A stretch of DNA of 45,142 nucleotides from Hormoscilla sp. (GTDB taxonomy: Bacteria; Cyanobacteriota; Cyanobacteriia; Cyanobacteriales; Desertifilaceae): positions 1 through 45,142 of the forward strand of contig JBFRWI010000214.1 in NCBI GenBank assembly GCA_051439505.1, in the 5' to 3' direction. Below, in pieces: positions 18,072 through 30,673 of the stretch. Every line of letters begins with the position of its first letter. Position 1 is the stretch's first letter. Under the pieces are notes generated by a model. That model made no database searches. It was not told where the DNA came from and saw only the letters and a program-made list of their open reading frames with translations. A program made the translations under genes and the position numbers.

Positions 18072-19748
18072 TTAACCGTCTGTCACCGCGCCGATACTGC
18101 TAGAAGATACTAATTTGGCATATTTGGCTAGCACTCCCTTAGTGTAACGAGGTGGTTTTGCTTGCCAGTTAGCACGGCGTCGTGCTAATTCTTCATCAGA
18201 TACTTCCAGTTGCAATAACCGTCCTGGGGCGTCAATGGTGATGGTATCTCCTTCTTCCACAAGGGCGATCGCCCCTCCGACTGCTGCTTCTGGTGCCACG
18301 TGACCCACGACCATACCGTAAGTCCCGCCAGAGAAACGTCCATCGGTAATCAATCCCACAGAATCACCCAATCCAGCTCCAATAATAGCGGAAGTAGGAG
18401 CCAGCATTTCCCGCATTCCCGGACCCCCCTTGGGCCCTTCATAGCGGATCACAATCACGTCCCCTGCTTGAATCTTCTTTGCTAGAATTGCTTCTAAACA
18501 AGCTTCCTCCGATTCAAATACCCGCGCGGGACCAGTAATTTTAGGCTTCTTGACCCCACTGATTTTCGCCACCCCACCTTCAGTAGCTAAATTTCCTCGC
18601 AGAACCACCAAATGTCCTTGAGTATACATCGGATTATCCCAGGGACGAATCACATCTTGGTCAGCAGGAGGTTCTGTAGGTACATCTGCTAAAACTTCGG
18701 CAATAGTCTTCCCTGTAATAGTCAGGGCGTCACCATGTAACAGGTCATGTGCCAGCAGCATTTTCATTACCTGGGGAATGCCGCCTGCTTTGTGCAAGTT
18801 AACAGTCACATATCGACCAGAAGGTTTTAAGTCGCAGAGTACGGGGACTCGATCGCGAATAGTTTCAAAGTCCGACAGGGTTAAGTCTACCCCTGCTGCT
18901 GAGGCGATCGCCAGCAGGTGCAGCACCGCATTCGTCGATCCGCCCACGGCCATGATCACCGAAATAGCATTCTCAAAAGCCTTGCGGGTGAGAATCTGAC
19001 TTGGTAGAATCTGATTGCGAATCGCTTCGACCAGGGCAACGGCAGATTTTTCCGTACTATCAGCTTTTTCCGCATCCTCAGCGGACATTGTCGAGGAATA
19101 GGGCAAACTCATCCCCATTACTTCAAAGGCCGAAGACATGGTATTAGCTGTAAACATGCCCCCACAGGCCCCGGCACCGGGACAAGCATTTTGTTCGACT
19201 CCCGTCAGTTCCTGAAGATCGATCTTACCACCGCTGTATGCTCCCACAGCTTCAAAGGCGCTGACCACAGTCAAGTCCCGTCCCTCGTAATTTCCCGGTT
19301 TGATCGTGCCGCCGTAAACAAAGATCCCCGGTATATTCATGCGGGCCATCGCGATCATCGCCCCCGGCATATTCTTATCGCAACCCCCGATCGCCAGTAC
19401 CCCATCCATACTCTGGCCATTGCAGGCCGTTTCGATCGCATCTGCGATCACCTCCCGGGACACCAGGGAATATTTCATCCCCTCAGTCCCCATCGAGATC
19501 CCGTCGCTAACGGTGATCGTACCGAACATCTGTGGCATAGCACCGGCAGCTCGCGCACCCGCTTCCGCCCGGACTGCCAGATCGTTGAGCCCCATATTGC
19601 AAGGCGTAATTGTGCTATAACCATTGGCAATACCCACGATCGGCTTAGTGAAATCTTCATCCCCAAACCCCACTGCCCGTAGCATGGCCCGGTTGGGCGA
19701 TCGCTGCACTCCCTGGGTAACAACTTTGCTTCTTTTGTTCAACTCCAT
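18072..19748 (-). CDS. ilvD: Dihydroxy-acid dehydratase
   Basis: [42 protein letters not shown] and TDGRFSGG motifs. Confidence 0.98.
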   Translation of the reverse strand: MELNKRSKVVTQGVQRSPNRAMLRAVGFGDEDFTKPIVGIANGYSTITPCNMGLNDLAVRAEAGARAAGAMPQMFGTITVSDGISMGTEGMKYSLVSREVIADAIETACNGQSMDGVLAIGGCDKNMPGAMIAMARMNIPGIFVYGGTIKPGNYEGRDLTVVSAFEAVGAYSGGKIDLQELTGVEQNACPGAGACGGMFTANTMSSAFEVMGMSLPYSSTMSAEDAEKADSTEKSAVALVEAIRNQILPSQILTRKAFENAISVIMAVGGSTNAVLHLLAIASAAGVDLTLSDFETIRDRVPVLCDLKPSGRYVTVNLHKAGGIPQVMKMLLAHDLLHGDALTITGKTIAEVLADVPTEPPADQDVIRPWDNPMYTQGHLVVLRGNLATEGGVAKISGVKKPKITGPARVFESEEACLEAILAKKIQAGDVIVIRYEGPKGGPGMREMLAPTSAIIGAGLGDSVGLITDGRFSGGTYGMVVGHVAPEAAVGGAIALVEEGDTITIDAPGRLLQLEVSDEELARRRANWQAKPPRYTKGVLAKYAKLVSSSSIGAVTDG

Positions 19749-20004
19749 CTACGATATCCTTTAAGTGTCATCAAATGTTAGTCTAGTTCCGACTCCAGCC
19801 TTGCCATTCTATCACTATAATTATTAGATGTCAAACAAGAGTCATTTAATGACTTCTGTCATTAAATTTACACCCGAACCCCGGTCGGGCCCAAATTAAA
19901 AAAAGAAAACATTGACACATCGCGACAGGGGTGGAGCCTGTCGGCAGCAATTGACAACTGACACCCATTAGGAAAGTGCATCTATGATTATGACACAGAT
20001 GATT

Positions 20005-20844
20005 ATGAACGTTAATGAACTAAAGAAGCGATATGTAGCAGGGGAAAGAGATTTTCGCGGGGTGAAACTTTCTGGGGCATTTCTGGGGGGCATTGAGCTA
20101 GTGGAGGCCAACCTGCGGGAAGCGGAAATGATGGAAGTCAACCTGACTGGTGCTAACCTGAAAGGAGTGAACCTGCGGGAAGCTAACCTGAGTGGTGCTA
20201 ACCTGTCTGAGGCGATCTTGCCAGATGCTAACCTAATTGGCGCCAACTTGAGTAAAGCCAAGTTGATAGCAGCGGATCTCGCGGGCAGCAACTTACGTGG
20301 GGTTAATTTCAGTGAAGCTGACTTCTCAAAGGCTGACCTCTCTCATACTAACATGAGCGAAACTAACCTGGGCGGGATCGAACTGTGCGATGCACGTCTG
20401 CGTTACGCTAGCCTGATCAGATCGCGACTGCTTCAGACATCCCTAATGCGGGCTAACTTAGAGGGGGCGAACCTGACTTACAGTTTCGTGAGTCTGGCCA
20501 ACTTAGAAGGGGCGAACCTGACGAATGCGATATTGAGTGGGGCATCTCTGGAGTCCGCTAACCTCAGTCGGGCGGACTTGAGCTTTGCTAACCTGAGTGG
20601 CTCGAACATGAAAGGGACGATATTCTATAAGGCGAACATGCGGCGGGTCAATGCCAGCTGGACAGTGCTGCGGGAAGCAGACATGCGATCGGCCAACTTG
20701 TATCAGGCCAAACTGAGCTGGTCAAACCTAACTGATGCTATGCTGAATGGGGCGATATTGATTGATGCTAACTTGAGTAGAGCCAACCTGCGGAATGCCA
20801 AAATGAAAGGGGCAATCATGCCCAATGGTAGCACCCATAATTAG
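20005..20844 (+). CDS. Pentapeptide repeat protein
   Basis: ELKKRYVAGERDF N-cap, A(N/D)LxG repeats, GAIMPNG C-cap. The start could lie up to 19984. Confidence 0.93.
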   Translation: MNVNELKKRYVAGERDFRGVKLSGAFLGGIELVEANLREAEMMEVNLTGANLKGVNLREANLSGANLSEAILPDANLIGANLSKAKLIAADLAGSNLRGVNFSEADFSKADLSHTNMSETNLGGIELCDARLRYASLIRSRLLQTSLMRANLEGANLTYSFVSLANLEGANLTNAILSGASLESANLSRADLSFANLSGSNMKGTIFYKANMRRVNASWTVLREADMRSANLYQAKLSWSNLTDAMLNGAILIDANLSRANLRNAKMKGAIMPNGSTHN

Positions 20845-20928
20845 ATGATAATAAGGGTTGCCTCCTTTAGTATATTTGCCTGAGGGAGGCTCACTTTCGG
20901 GGAGGGTACTTTCGGGGAGAGTAATGAG

Positions 20929-21933
20929 ATGAATGCTGATGAACTGAGCAAGCTATATACAGAGGGCCAGAGAAGTTTTCCGGGGGCGGAAATGCCAAGG
21001 ACAAACTTAATAGGGGCGACGCTGAAAGGAATTAACCTGAATGAGGCTAATTTGAGCGGGGCATCTCTGGCAAGATCTGACCTGAGCAGAGCTATGCTGG
21101 AAGGGGCAAACTTAACTGGGGCTTTTCTCTATGCAGCTAACCTGAGTTATGTCAAGCTCAAAGGTGCTAATCTTCAGAAAGCTGACTTGACGAAAGCGAA
21201 CCTGAAAGGGGCAAACCTGGCCAGAGTAGACTTGAGTGGAGCTAAACTTAGTGGTGCGATTCTTACCTGGGTAAGTCTGTCTGGGGCCTGTTTGCAAGGT
21301 GTTAATCTTTGCGGTGCTAACTTGAGTGGAATTAATCTGCGGAATGCCGATCTGAGAGGGGCAAACTTGAGCTGGACAAATTTGTCGGAAGCGAGGTTGA
21401 GTGGGGCGTTGCTTCAGGGGACACAGCTAAATGGCGCCAACCTGTCGTCCGCATACATGAATGGGGTTGACATGAATGGTATTGACCTGGATGGAGTGGA
21501 CTTGTCTGAGGCGAAACTTAGTGGTGCTAACCTGATGGGGACGAACCTGACGGCGGCAAACTTGAGTGGAAGTCAGATGCGTCTGGTATTATGCGATCGG
21601 GCGAATCTGCGAGCTGCTAATCTCATGGGGGCATCCCTTGCGAGAGCGAGTTTTTGCCAGGCAAACCTGTCTAAGGTAGACTTAACTGCCGCAGATTTGA
21701 CAAAGGCAGATTTGACTGGGGCTAACCTGAATTTGGCCAAGCTGTGCGAGGCAAATCTGAGGGGTGCCAGTCTCAGGGAAGCATATTTGTGGGGGAGTGA
21801 TTTACAAGGGACGATTCTGACGGAGGCTAACCTCAGCTATGCTAGTCTGAGAAATGCGAATATATCCCCAGCTGACAATCGCCAGGCGATTCTGACTGGG
21901 GCAACTATGCCTGATGGTACAATTCACAATTAG
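20929..21933 (+). CDS. Pentapeptide repeat protein
   Basis: MNADEL..Y..GQRSF N-cap, ANLSG repeats, GATMPDG C-cap. Confidence 0.93.
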   Translation: MNADELSKLYTEGQRSFPGAEMPRTNLIGATLKGINLNEANLSGASLARSDLSRAMLEGANLTGAFLYAANLSYVKLKGANLQKADLTKANLKGANLARVDLSGAKLSGAILTWVSLSGACLQGVNLCGANLSGINLRNADLRGANLSWTNLSEARLSGALLQGTQLNGANLSSAYMNGVDMNGIDLDGVDLSEAKLSGANLMGTNLTAANLSGSQMRLVLCDRANLRAANLMGASLARASFCQANLSKVDLTAADLTKADLTGANLNLAKLCEANLRGASLREAYLWGSDLQGTILTEANLSYASLRNANISPADNRQAILTGATMPDGTIHN

Positions 21934-21936
21934 CTA

Positions 21937-24738
21937 ATGTCAGCGAGCAATCAGCAATCAGTCAGGGTGTTAAAAATGTTAAGCCAAAAAGTAGGGTTAA
22001 AGCAAGTACCGCTGCGCCTGATCTTAGTGGTGCCTTTCCTCGTGCAAATATTTGCAGCAGTAGGACTGGTGGGGTATCTTTCATTACAGAACGGACAAAA
22101 AGCGGTTAACGACCTCGCTAGGCAACTGCGCAGTGAAATTACTGCCCGCATCCAAGAACGCCTCCAAAGTTATGTGGCCAACCCCCATTTGGTGAATCAG
22201 TTGAATGCTAATGCGATAGAGAACGGTCAGTTAGACTTGCAAGATGTCCAAGTGCGTGATCGCCATTTTTGGCAGCAGGTGCAATCATTTCCATCAATCA
22301 GTAACAGTTATATAATTAGCCCGGAAGGATATTTTTATGGGACGGGACGGCGGCCCGATGGCAGATTAGAGATGATCCTGGGAGATAATTCAACGGATAA
22401 TAACAAAACTTATCATTACTATGGCACAAATCGCTACGGAGATCGGACGCAGTTAATGGGAGTCCGGACCAAAGAAGACCCGCGCCTGCAACCCTGGTAC
22501 ATTGCTGCGGTGGCAGCTGAAAAACCCATCTGGAGTGAAATTTACACCGAAATTAGGTTCAGCACTCTAGAAATTACTGCGGCCCAACCAGTTTACGATC
22601 GGGTGGGCAATCTCCAGGGAGTGTTAGGTAGCAGTTTACTATTAAACAAAATTAATGATTTTCTGGATAGCTTAAAAATCGGCAATTCGGGAGAGACTTT
22701 TATTATCGAGCGATCGGGGATGTTGGTGAGTACGTCAACCACTACCCCATTATTTACGATCAATGGCGATCGGGCGGAACGGATTAAAGCATTAGATAGC
22801 CAGACTCTGTTAATTAGAGAAACAGCCAACCATTTAGCAAGTATATTTGACGATCTCCAGCAAATCAAGACAAGCAAACAGCTTAATTTTGACCTAGATG
22901 GAGCGCGGCATTTCCTGCAAGTAACGCCTCTCAAAGATTCCCATGGTTTGGACTGGTTGATTGTGGTGGTGGTTCCAGAAGCTGACTTTATGAAGCAAAT
23001 TAATGCTAACACCCGTATAACAGTCGGTTTGTGTATATTAGCATTAATAATAGCTACAGGATTGGGAATATTTACCTCCCGCTGGATCGCGCAACCAATG
23101 CTGAAATTAAGTGCCGCCAGTCAGGCGATCGCCAATGGAGAACTGAACCAAGAGGTAGAAGAAATTCCGATCGACGAACTGGCAGTGCTGGCCAACTCAT
23201 TTAACCAAATGGCATCACAGTTGCAAGAGTCATTTACTGCCCTAGAAGAGGCAAATAGCGCCCTTATTAATACCAACGAGCAATTAGAAATGCGAGTAGA
23301 AGAACGGACAGCGGAACTGCAAGAAGCGAAGAAAATAGCGGATGCTGCTAACCAAGCTAAAAGCGAATTTCTGGCGAACATGTCTCACGAACTGCGCACC
23401 CCCCTGAATGGCATTTTGGGTTATGCGCAAATCCTGGAACGAGACTCTGATGCAACGGACAAGCAAAAAGATGGCATTAGTATTATCCATCAATGCGGCA
23501 ATCACCTACTGACCCTGATTAATGATATTTTAGATCTATCTAAGATAGAAGCAGGTAAAATAGAACTTTACCCTAGGGATTTTAATTTTACCTTATTTCT
23601 CCAAGGGGTAGCGCAAATCTGTCGGGTTAAAGCCGAGCAAAAAGAAATCTCGTTTATTTACCAACCGGGGCCGGGACTCCCCACGGCCATCCATGCGGAT
23701 GAGAAACGCTTGCGACAAGTGCTGATTAACTTGCTGGGGAATGCCATTAAGTTTACTGACAAGGGCGGGGTGACTTTATCAGTCGAAATCCTAGCTATAG
23801 AAAATGATAAGATCGACAAAATTAGGTTTAAGATAGAAGATACGGGTGTGGGTATGATCCCCACAGAATTAGCAAAAATATTCTTGCCCTTTGAACAGGT
23901 GGGAGAAAACCAGCGCAAGTCAGAAGGGACGGGACTGGGATTAGCAATTAGTCAGAGAATTATTAGAATCATGGGGAGTAAATTAGAGGTGCGATCGCAA
24001 CCCGGAAAAGGGAGTGTTTTTTGGCTAGACTTGGACTTGCCGACGGCCACCAACTTTACTGTTACTCCCCCAGTAAATAGTGATAAAAAGATTATTGGCT
24101 TTACGGGGAACAAGAGGAAAATACTGATCGTAGATGACCGGTGGGAAAATAGGGCCGTGATCGTCAATCTGTTGAAGAGTATCGGGTTTGAAATGATGGA
24201 AGCGGACGATGGTCAGCAGGGTTTGGAGAGGGCAGCAAGCTTTAATCCTGACTTGATTATCACTGATTTAGCCATGCCCGTGATGGATGGCTATCAAATG
24301 ATGCGACGCCTGCGAGAATTACCTCAATTCCAAGATCTGTTAATCATTGTTTCCTCTGCTAGCGTGTTTGCAGCTGACAAGCAAAAAAGCTTGGATGCTG
24401 GTGGCAATGACTTTCTGCCCAAACCAGTCCAGGTCTCAGACCTCTTGGAAAAGTTACGGGTGCATTTGGGACCCGAATGGATTTATGCACCGCAGGATGA
24501 TACAGTCGAGGAAGTGAGGTCAGTGCAAGAAATTATCGCACCGCCACCCGAGGAACTAGAAGCCCTAGGGAAGGCGGCGAGGATCGGGTACATTGAAGGA
24601 GTGGAAGAAGAAGCCAACCGCATCAAACAGTTGGATGGCAAATATAGGCCCTTTGCTGACAAAGTTATACAATTAGCTAGGGAATTTGAAGTAGATGAAA
24701 TTAATGAGTTGGTCAAGCAATATCTCAAGCCATCTTAA
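21937..24738 (+). CDS. Hybrid sensor histidine kinase (Cache-HAMP-HisKA-HATPase-REC)
   Basis: Two TM segments, [33 protein letters not shown], and a receiver domain with ILIVDD and DLAMP. Confidence 0.95.
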   Translation: MSASNQQSVRVLKMLSQKVGLKQVPLRLILVVPFLVQIFAAVGLVGYLSLQNGQKAVNDLARQLRSEITARIQERLQSYVANPHLVNQLNANAIENGQLDLQDVQVRDRHFWQQVQSFPSISNSYIISPEGYFYGTGRRPDGRLEMILGDNSTDNNKTYHYYGTNRYGDRTQLMGVRTKEDPRLQPWYIAAVAAEKPIWSEIYTEIRFSTLEITAAQPVYDRVGNLQGVLGSSLLLNKINDFLDSLKIGNSGETFIIERSGMLVSTSTTTPLFTINGDRAERIKALDSQTLLIRETANHLASIFDDLQQIKTSKQLNFDLDGARHFLQVTPLKDSHGLDWLIVVVVPEADFMKQINANTRITVGLCILALIIATGLGIFTSRWIAQPMLKLSAASQAIANGELNQEVEEIPIDELAVLANSFNQMASQLQESFTALEEANSALINTNEQLEMRVEERTAELQEAKKIADAANQAKSEFLANMSHELRTPLNGILGYAQILERDSDATDKQKDGISIIHQCGNHLLTLINDILDLSKIEAGKIELYPRDFNFTLFLQGVAQICRVKAEQKEISFIYQPGPGLPTAIHADEKRLRQVLINLLGNAIKFTDKGGVTLSVEILAIENDKIDKIRFKIEDTGVGMIPTELAKIFLPFEQVGENQRKSEGTGLGLAISQRIIRIMGSKLEVRSQPGKGSVFWLDLDLPTATNFTVTPPVNSDKKIIGFTGNKRKILIVDDRWENRAVIVNLLKSIGFEMMEADDGQQGLERAASFNPDLIITDLAMPVMDGYQMMRRLRELPQFQDLLIIVSSASVFAADKQKSLDAGGNDFLPKPVQVSDLLEKLRVHLGPEWIYAPQDDTVEEVRSVQEIIAPPPEELEALGKAARIGYIEGVEEEANRIKQLDGKYRPFADKVIQLAREFEVDEINELVKQYLKPS

Positions 24739-24775
24739 TGTTATAAAGGGAATGAAACAGGATCTATAAATAAAA

Positions 24776-25636
24776 ATGCGAGCCAAAATTAGAGATACAG
24801 AGATTTACTTTGATATAGAAGGTGCGGGGTTAGTACCAGACGGTCCTCGGATGAAAGAGAAACCAGTTGCCTTCGTGATTCACGGCGGTCCCGGTGTAGA
24901 CCATACTGCCTATAAACCCACATTTTCTCGTCTCAGTCATAAGTTGCAATTGGTCTATTTCGACCATCGGGGACAGGGGCGATCGGGTCGGGGACCGAAG
25001 GAGACCTATACCTTAGAAAACAATGTGGAGGACGTGGAGGCACTGCGTCAATATCTGGGTCTAGAAAAAATAGTACTCATGGGAACTTCCTATGGTGGCA
25101 TGGTGGCCCTGAGTTATGCAGTACGCTATCCTGAAAATGTAGCATGTCTAATCGCGATCGCCACAGCGGCCAGTTCCCGGTTTTTGCAACTGGCCCAGCA
25201 GAACTTAGCTGCCAAGGGCACAGCAGCACAAAAGGCGATCGCCCAGCGTTTGTGGGAGGGTTCCTTTGAGAATGAAGCCCAACTGCGGGAATACTTTCAG
25301 GTAATGGGACCAATGTACTCCTTAACTTACGACCCCGACAGATCTGCTGAAGCTTGGGAAAGAACCATTTTTTCGGTCGATGCCATCAATGTTGCCTTTG
25401 GCGGGTTTCTGCGATCGTACAATATCCTCGACCAGTTACATAAAATCACAGCCCCCACCTTAGTAATAGCTGGCCGACATGACTGGATCTGTCCCCCAGA
25501 ATTATCAGTAGAAATTGCCAACAGAATTCCCAATGCCGACCTCAGAATCTTTGAAAACAGCGGCCATTCGGTGCGGGGCGACGAACCGGAAGCCCTGCTA
25601 GATGCCATTTCCGAGTTTTTAGTTTACAAGCATTAG
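24776..25636 (+). CDS. Alpha/beta hydrolase, proline iminopeptidase-like
   Basis: HGGPG, DHRGQGRS, GTSYGG, HDWICP and NSGH motifs. Confidence 0.9.
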   Translation: MRAKIRDTEIYFDIEGAGLVPDGPRMKEKPVAFVIHGGPGVDHTAYKPTFSRLSHKLQLVYFDHRGQGRSGRGPKETYTLENNVEDVEALRQYLGLEKIVLMGTSYGGMVALSYAVRYPENVACLIAIATAASSRFLQLAQQNLAAKGTAAQKAIAQRLWEGSFENEAQLREYFQVMGPMYSLTYDPDRSAEAWERTIFSVDAINVAFGGFLRSYNILDQLHKITAPTLVIAGRHDWICPPELSVEIANRIPNADLRIFENSGHSVRGDEPEALLDAISEFLVYKH

Positions 25637-25649
25637 GGGAACGAGAGCT

Positions 25650-25928
25650 TTATGTAGAACGCGCTCGCTTGGCGTTCAAATATATTTCGCGGCAATTACT
25701 CTCGTTGTATCCAACCACGACAGCACCTATAGTTGTGCCAATTTCAGGATACATTTCTTCACTCATCTCTCCCGAATCTAAAAAGTCAGGAATTTTAATC
25801 AGCCCCTTGACTAAAGATTCGCCAATATCGACAAAAACGCCAAAAGGCGCATGAAACTCTACCTTACCCTGAACGAACTTACCTAGTTCGTACTTGGATT
25901 TAATTTGCTGCCAACTCTTACTATCCAT
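25650..25928 (-). CDS. Small S1-like RNA-binding domain protein
   Basis: GKFVQGKVEFHAPFGVFVDIG...GLIKI S1-type pattern. Confidence 0.7.
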   Translation of the reverse strand: MDSKSWQQIKSKYELGKFVQGKVEFHAPFGVFVDIGESLVKGLIKIPDFLDSGEMSEEMYPEIGTTIGAVVVGYNESNCREIYLNAKRARST

Positions 25929-25998
25929 TTTATAATTAATGGTTGCTCGATCGGGTATGATGGTGGGCGGTGCCCACCCTACCAGCTATCCATTAAAC

Positions 25999-26119
25999 CT
26001 CGTTCCCTGACTCCGGCAGGGAACGTCTGGGTGAGGCTCTGCCTCCTGGGCATTGGCCTGTAGAAAGTGGAGGCTCTGCCTCCGAGGCTGGTTCCAAGGC
26101 AGAGCCTCGGAACCAGAGC
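25999..26119. repeat. CTCGTTCCC/GAGGCTCTGCCTC REP-like composite
   Basis: Homologous to 221-333. It is preceded by a GGTGGGC...GCCCACCCTAC hairpin at ~25962-25982. Confidence 0.75.
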
Positions 26120-26144
26120 ACTTAAAAAAAGCCGACCTATAGGC

Positions 26145-27389
26145 TTATGCTGCATCCGCCAACATCAGATCGGAAGTCAACAATTCTACAGCTGCCTGAT
26201 ATTGCTGGTCGGCTTCCGTCCCCAGTTGCTTCCGAGTAATTGGGTTACCAGGCACTATTTGATCTGGCCCGATTCCCAATTTGTTAATATCTGTACGATC
26301 GGGAGTCTCATACTTAGCAATCGTCACCACCAAACCAGAACCATCTGACAAGTCAAACAAAGACTGGATCAAACCTTTGCCAAAGGTTTTCTCTCCTACC
26401 AGCAGGGCCCGATGGTTATCATGCAAAGCACCAGCGAGAATTTCACTAGCACTAGCACTGCCTTGATTCACCAACACCACCAAGGGATCGTCAGTCAATG
26501 CCGAACCCACCGCATCAAAGCTATCCAACATGCCTTGGCGATTCACTGCATAGACGATCGTACCATCATCCAACCAGAGACGCGCAATCTCAATCCCGGC
26601 GGTCAACAAACCGCCCGGGTTATTCCGCAAGTCCAAAATGTAAGCCCCAGCACCCTCTTCCTCCAAGCGATCGATCGCATCTGATACCTCTTGGGTAGCA
26701 TAGGCGTTGAATTGGGATAGGCGAATATACCCAATATTCAAGCTATTGCCCTGCCCTTCTACTTCTCGCAATTCGGCAGTTACGGGGTTGAGAGTAATTA
26801 GATCGCGCACCAGTTCGACATCGAATATTGCCTCCCCCTCCCGTTCCACTGTCAGGGTCACCTTCGTTCCCGCCGGTCCTCGCATCCGGTTAGCCGCCTG
26901 TTCTAAACTCATGGAGGTGGTTAACACCCCATCAATCTTCAGGATCCGATCGAGTGGTTGCATCCCCGCTGCCTCCGCCGGCGAACCCGCGATCGGAGCG
27001 ATCGCCGTTAACACCCCCGTTTCCCCATCCATCGCTATCTGTAACCCCACCCCTGTCAGCTCTCCAGAAGTGCTAACCTGTAAGCTTTGATACTCATTAG
27101 GTGGCAAGAATCGGGTATAGGGATCCCCTAAACTATCGAGCATTTGGTCGATAGCCTCATAAGTCTGCTCCCTTGTGGCCAGAGGCCGCTTCAAAGCCCG
27201 CTCGCGGACTTTCCACCAGTTCTGATGATTGAAGCTGTCATCCAGATAGGCGCGATTGACAATGCGCCAGACTTCATTAAACAGCTTCTGGTTATCCGTC
27301 AGAGCCTCAGCAGCAGGCGAACACCCGGTCAGGGCGATCGCCAGTGGCAGTACGAGTAAAAATCCCATCCAGACAAATCGCTTATACAT
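26145..27389 (-). CDS. ctpA: Carboxyl-terminal processing protease (S41, PDZ)
   Basis: DPYTRF, GVGLQI, LDLRNNPGG, SASASEI and TFGKGLIQ motifs; divergent from petB as is common in cyanobacteria. Confidence 0.93.
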   Translation of the reverse strand: MYKRFVWMGFLLVLPLAIALTGCSPAAEALTDNQKLFNEVWRIVNRAYLDDSFNHQNWWKVRERALKRPLATREQTYEAIDQMLDSLGDPYTRFLPPNEYQSLQVSTSGELTGVGLQIAMDGETGVLTAIAPIAGSPAEAAGMQPLDRILKIDGVLTTSMSLEQAANRMRGPAGTKVTLTVEREGEAIFDVELVRDLITLNPVTAELREVEGQGNSLNIGYIRLSQFNAYATQEVSDAIDRLEEEGAGAYILDLRNNPGGLLTAGIEIARLWLDDGTIVYAVNRQGMLDSFDAVGSALTDDPLVVLVNQGSASASEILAGALHDNHRALLVGEKTFGKGLIQSLFDLSDGSGLVVTIAKYETPDRTDINKLGIGPDQIVPGNPITRKQLGTEADQQYQAAVELLTSDLMLADAA

Positions 27390-27461
27390 AATCTCCCCTT
27401 AAGCTTTCGTCTATGTTACAGTTGGAAAAGTGATCGATAGATATTTAGGACCCTTGGCTTC

Positions 27462-28130
27462 ATGTTTACCAAGCAGGTAACAGAATCGAAAATATATAAC
27501 TGGTTTCAAGAACGCCTGGAAATCGAGGCGATCTCCGAAGATATCAGCAGCAAGTACGTTCCACCCCACGTCAACATCTTCTACTGTCTGGGGGGGATCA
27601 CCCTGATGTGCTTCTTAATCCAGTTTGCTACTGGATTCGCAATGACCTTCTATTACAAGCCAACGGTGGCCGAAGCCTTCACCTCGGTACAATACCTGAT
27701 GAATGAAGTGAGCTTTGGCTGGCTGATCCGTTCCATCCACCGCTGGTCTGCCAGCATGATGGTGCTGATGATGATCCTGCATATCTTCCGGGTGTACCTC
27801 ACCGGTGGTTTCAAAAAGCCCCGGGAACTGACCTGGGTAACGGGGGTCGTTCTAGCCGTAATCACCGTTACCTTTGGTGTGACGGGCTACTCTCTGCCTT
27901 GGGATCAGGTGGGATACTGGGCCGTGAAGATTGTTAGCGGCGTGCCAGAAGCAATTCCAGTAGTGGGATCGACGATCGTAGAACTGATGCGCGGTGGTAC
28001 CGCCGTCGGTCAAGGGACTCTCACCCGTTTCTACAGTCTCCACACTTTCGTTCTGCCCTGGGCGATCGCTGTCTTCATGCTGTTGCACTTCTTAATGATT
28101 CGCAAGCAGGGCATCTCTGGTCCGTTGTAA
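27462..28130 (+). CDS. petB: Cytochrome b6
   Basis: [37 protein letters not shown]. Confidence 0.99.
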   Translation: MFTKQVTESKIYNWFQERLEIEAISEDISSKYVPPHVNIFYCLGGITLMCFLIQFATGFAMTFYYKPTVAEAFTSVQYLMNEVSFGWLIRSIHRWSASMMVLMMILHIFRVYLTGGFKKPRELTWVTGVVLAVITVTFGVTGYSLPWDQVGYWAVKIVSGVPEAIPVVGSTIVELMRGGTAVGQGTLTRFYSLHTFVLPWAIAVFMLLHFLMIRKQGISGPL

Positions 28131-28189
28131 TCATATTGGCGTAAGGTGAGGTGAAAACTCGCCCACAAGAGAAAAGGAGAACAAAAACG

Positions 28190-28672
28190 ATGGCAACAGA
28201 AAAAAAGCCGGATCTCAGCGATCCGAAGCTACGGGCCAAATTGGCCCAAGGCATGGGTCATAATTACTATGGCGAACCCGCTTGGCCGAATGACCTGCTG
28301 TACGTCTTCCCGGTGGTGATGTTGGGAACCCTGACCTGTATCGTCGCCCTGGCAGTGTTAGATCCGGCAATAGTCGGCGAACCCGCAGACCCCTTTGCGA
28401 CGCCTCTGGAAATTCTGCCAGAATGGTACTTCTATCCAGTGTTCCAGATCTTGCGGACCGTTCCCAATAAACTCCTGGGAGTCGTGATGATGAGTTCAAT
28501 ACCCCTGGGTCTGATCCTGGTTCCGTTTATCGAGAATGTCAACAAGTTCCAAAATCCCTTCCGGCGTCCGGTGGCAACGACGGTGTTTTTGATTGGCACC
28601 CTCGTTACCCTCTGGTTGGGTATTGGCGCTGCTTTCCCGCTCGATAAATCCTTTACTTTCGGTCTGTTCTAA
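28190..28672 (+). CDS. petD: Cytochrome b6-f complex subunit IV
   Basis: [45 protein letters not shown]; 160 aa. Confidence 0.99.
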   Translation: MATEKKPDLSDPKLRAKLAQGMGHNYYGEPAWPNDLLYVFPVVMLGTLTCIVALAVLDPAIVGEPADPFATPLEILPEWYFYPVFQILRTVPNKLLGVVMMSSIPLGLILVPFIENVNKFQNPFRRPVATTVFLIGTLVTLWLGIGAAFPLDKSFTFGLF

Positions 28673-28725
28673 AAAAAACTGACTTGACGCCTACTTATGA
28701 AGCAGATTTACAGATGTAGCTCTGC

Positions 28726-30468
28726 TCAACATAAGCAGGCGTCATTATATTGATTGATGGTAGCCATCAAATCTATTACCCCTTGGCCATCGAGTGGTCG
28801 AGAGAAAAGATATCCCTGTCCGTATTCGCAGTCGAGCGATCGCAGGATATCCCGCTGCTGTGGTGTCTCGATCCCTTCGGCAATTACATCCAATCCCAGA
28901 GAGTGAGCTAGGGTAATAATCGTTTTGGCTATATCAAAGTCTTTGCCATTCCCCTCAATGTTGTCAACAAACGAACGGTCAAGCTTCAGAGTATCGATCG
29001 GCAGACGTTGCAGATAGGAAAAAGAAGAATAGCCAGTGCCAAAGTCATCCATAGACAACTGTATCTGTCTTTGTTTAAATTGCTCCAGCAAGGCGATCGC
29101 AGCGGAACCATTCTGCATCAGAATGCTTTCAGTAATCTCTAGCTTCAAATAGGACCCACTCAAAGAGAGCGTCTGCAGCAACTCGTCAAGGAACTGTAGT
29201 AAAAGGGGATGCCATAGCTGCATGCCAGAGAGATTGACACTGACCCGGAAATGGTCGGGCAAGCGATCGCGCCAGATACTCAACAGTCGGCAAGCTTCTG
29301 ACAATACCCATTCACCCAGAGGAATAATCAGTCCGGTTTCTTCTGCCAGAGGAATAAACTCAGTGGGGGAAACCAGTCCCCTGGTGGGATGCTGCCACCT
29401 CACCAGGGCTTCAAAACCCACAATCTCGTCAGTTTTCAGTGAGACAATCGGCTGATAGTTGAGATGCAACTGTTGCAATTTAATGGCCCGTTGCAGGTCC
29501 GCTTCCAAATGTAGGCGATCGATCGCCTTTGCCTGCATACTGAGATCGAATATAACTGTGCCAGGAGGGGACTGCATCTTCGCATAATGCATGGCCGTGT
29601 CAGCCGCCCGCAGAAATTGTTCGGGCTGGTGATAACCGATATTGCCGAGCACAATCCCAATACTGGTAGTCGATGACATTATAGTCCCTTTGAAGTTAAA
29701 AGGCAATTCCAGGGCCATATGAATATCCCGAGCGCATTGGACCGCCTGCTGTTCGTGGATATCCTTCAGCAAGATGGCGAATTCATTTTCTCCTACATGA
29801 GCTATGATATCTTGAGGTTCCACACAGGTCTTTAACCGATTAGCCACCTCCACCAATAAGCGTTCTGCTTGTTCGTGACCGAAGCTGTATTTAACCCTCG
29901 TGTAGCGGTCTAGGTCCAGAAATAAAACGGCGAATCTACAAGTAGGCGATTCTGATTCTAAACAATGACCAATCTCGGAGATCATCTGATAACGATTGGG
30001 CAAACCGGTCAGGATATCGTAAGTAGCCTGGTATTTTAGTTGAGACAAAGCCTGTTGCAGCTGGTAATGTTGTGCCTTCATTTCCCGCACCAACTTCAGG
30101 GTTTTTTTGATAGTAATTTCTAAATCATGAAAGTCGATCGGCTTGATCAGGAAGTCAAAAGCGCCAAAGTTCATCGCTGTCCTAATATTTGGGATATCCC
30201 CATAAGCTGACACCACCACCGTCTTTATATGAGGATCTATTTTGAGGACTTTTTCTAATAAAGTGAGACCATCCATCTCTGGCATATTGATATCAGTCAA
30301 GATCATATCAATATGCGGTTCAGTTTCCAGTTTTCGCAGTGCTTCTACCCCATTATGAACAAATAACAGCTCGAACTCTTTAGCTTTGATATTTTTCCGC
30401 AATCGCTGCTTGATTAAACGTTCTAACTCTAACTCGTCATCGACGACAAGTATTTTTGCTGGTTGCAT
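28726..30468 (-). CDS. Response regulator with degenerate GGDEF and EAL domains (probable c-di-GMP phosphodiesterase)
   Basis: REC domain; the GGDEF site reads VGENEF; FEALVRW and DDFGTGYSS are intact. Confidence 0.92.
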   Translation of the reverse strand: MQPAKILVVDDELELERLIKQRLRKNIKAKEFELLFVHNGVEALRKLETEPHIDMILTDINMPEMDGLTLLEKVLKIDPHIKTVVVSAYGDIPNIRTAMNFGAFDFLIKPIDFHDLEITIKKTLKLVREMKAQHYQLQQALSQLKYQATYDILTGLPNRYQMISEIGHCLESESPTCRFAVLFLDLDRYTRVKYSFGHEQAERLLVEVANRLKTCVEPQDIIAHVGENEFAILLKDIHEQQAVQCARDIHMALELPFNFKGTIMSSTTSIGIVLGNIGYHQPEQFLRAADTAMHYAKMQSPPGTVIFDLSMQAKAIDRLHLEADLQRAIKLQQLHLNYQPIVSLKTDEIVGFEALVRWQHPTRGLVSPTEFIPLAEETGLIIPLGEWVLSEACRLLSIWRDRLPDHFRVSVNLSGMQLWHPLLLQFLDELLQTLSLSGSYLKLEITESILMQNGSAAIALLEQFKQRQIQLSMDDFGTGYSSFSYLQRLPIDTLKLDRSFVDNIEGNGKDFDIAKTIITLAHSLGLDVIAEGIETPQQRDILRSLDCEYGQGYLFSRPLDGQGVIDLMATINQYNDACLC

Positions 30469-30523
30469 AGGCTTTTTCCTACTGAATTACGATTGACATT
30501 TTTAAGTATAAGCGCCATTGGAT

Positions 30524-30673
30524 GGGTGTGGTCAAAACCCGTTGATCGTTTGGGCGGCCATCCCAGTCGCCGGAGCCCCCCAAACCCCCCTTAAAAAGGG
30601 GGGCTACGGAAGCCCCCCTTTTTGGAAGGGGGGGTTTGGGGGGGATCCCTTACAACTACTTTTGACCACACCC
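30524..30673. mobile_element. MITE (150 bp) with GGGTGTGGTCAAAA TIRs and a 9-bp TSD CCATTGGAT/CCATGGGAT
   Basis: TIRs at 30524-30537 and 30660-30673; the TSD has one mismatch. Internal CCCCCCTTAAAAAGGGGGG-type hairpins. Confidence 0.88.
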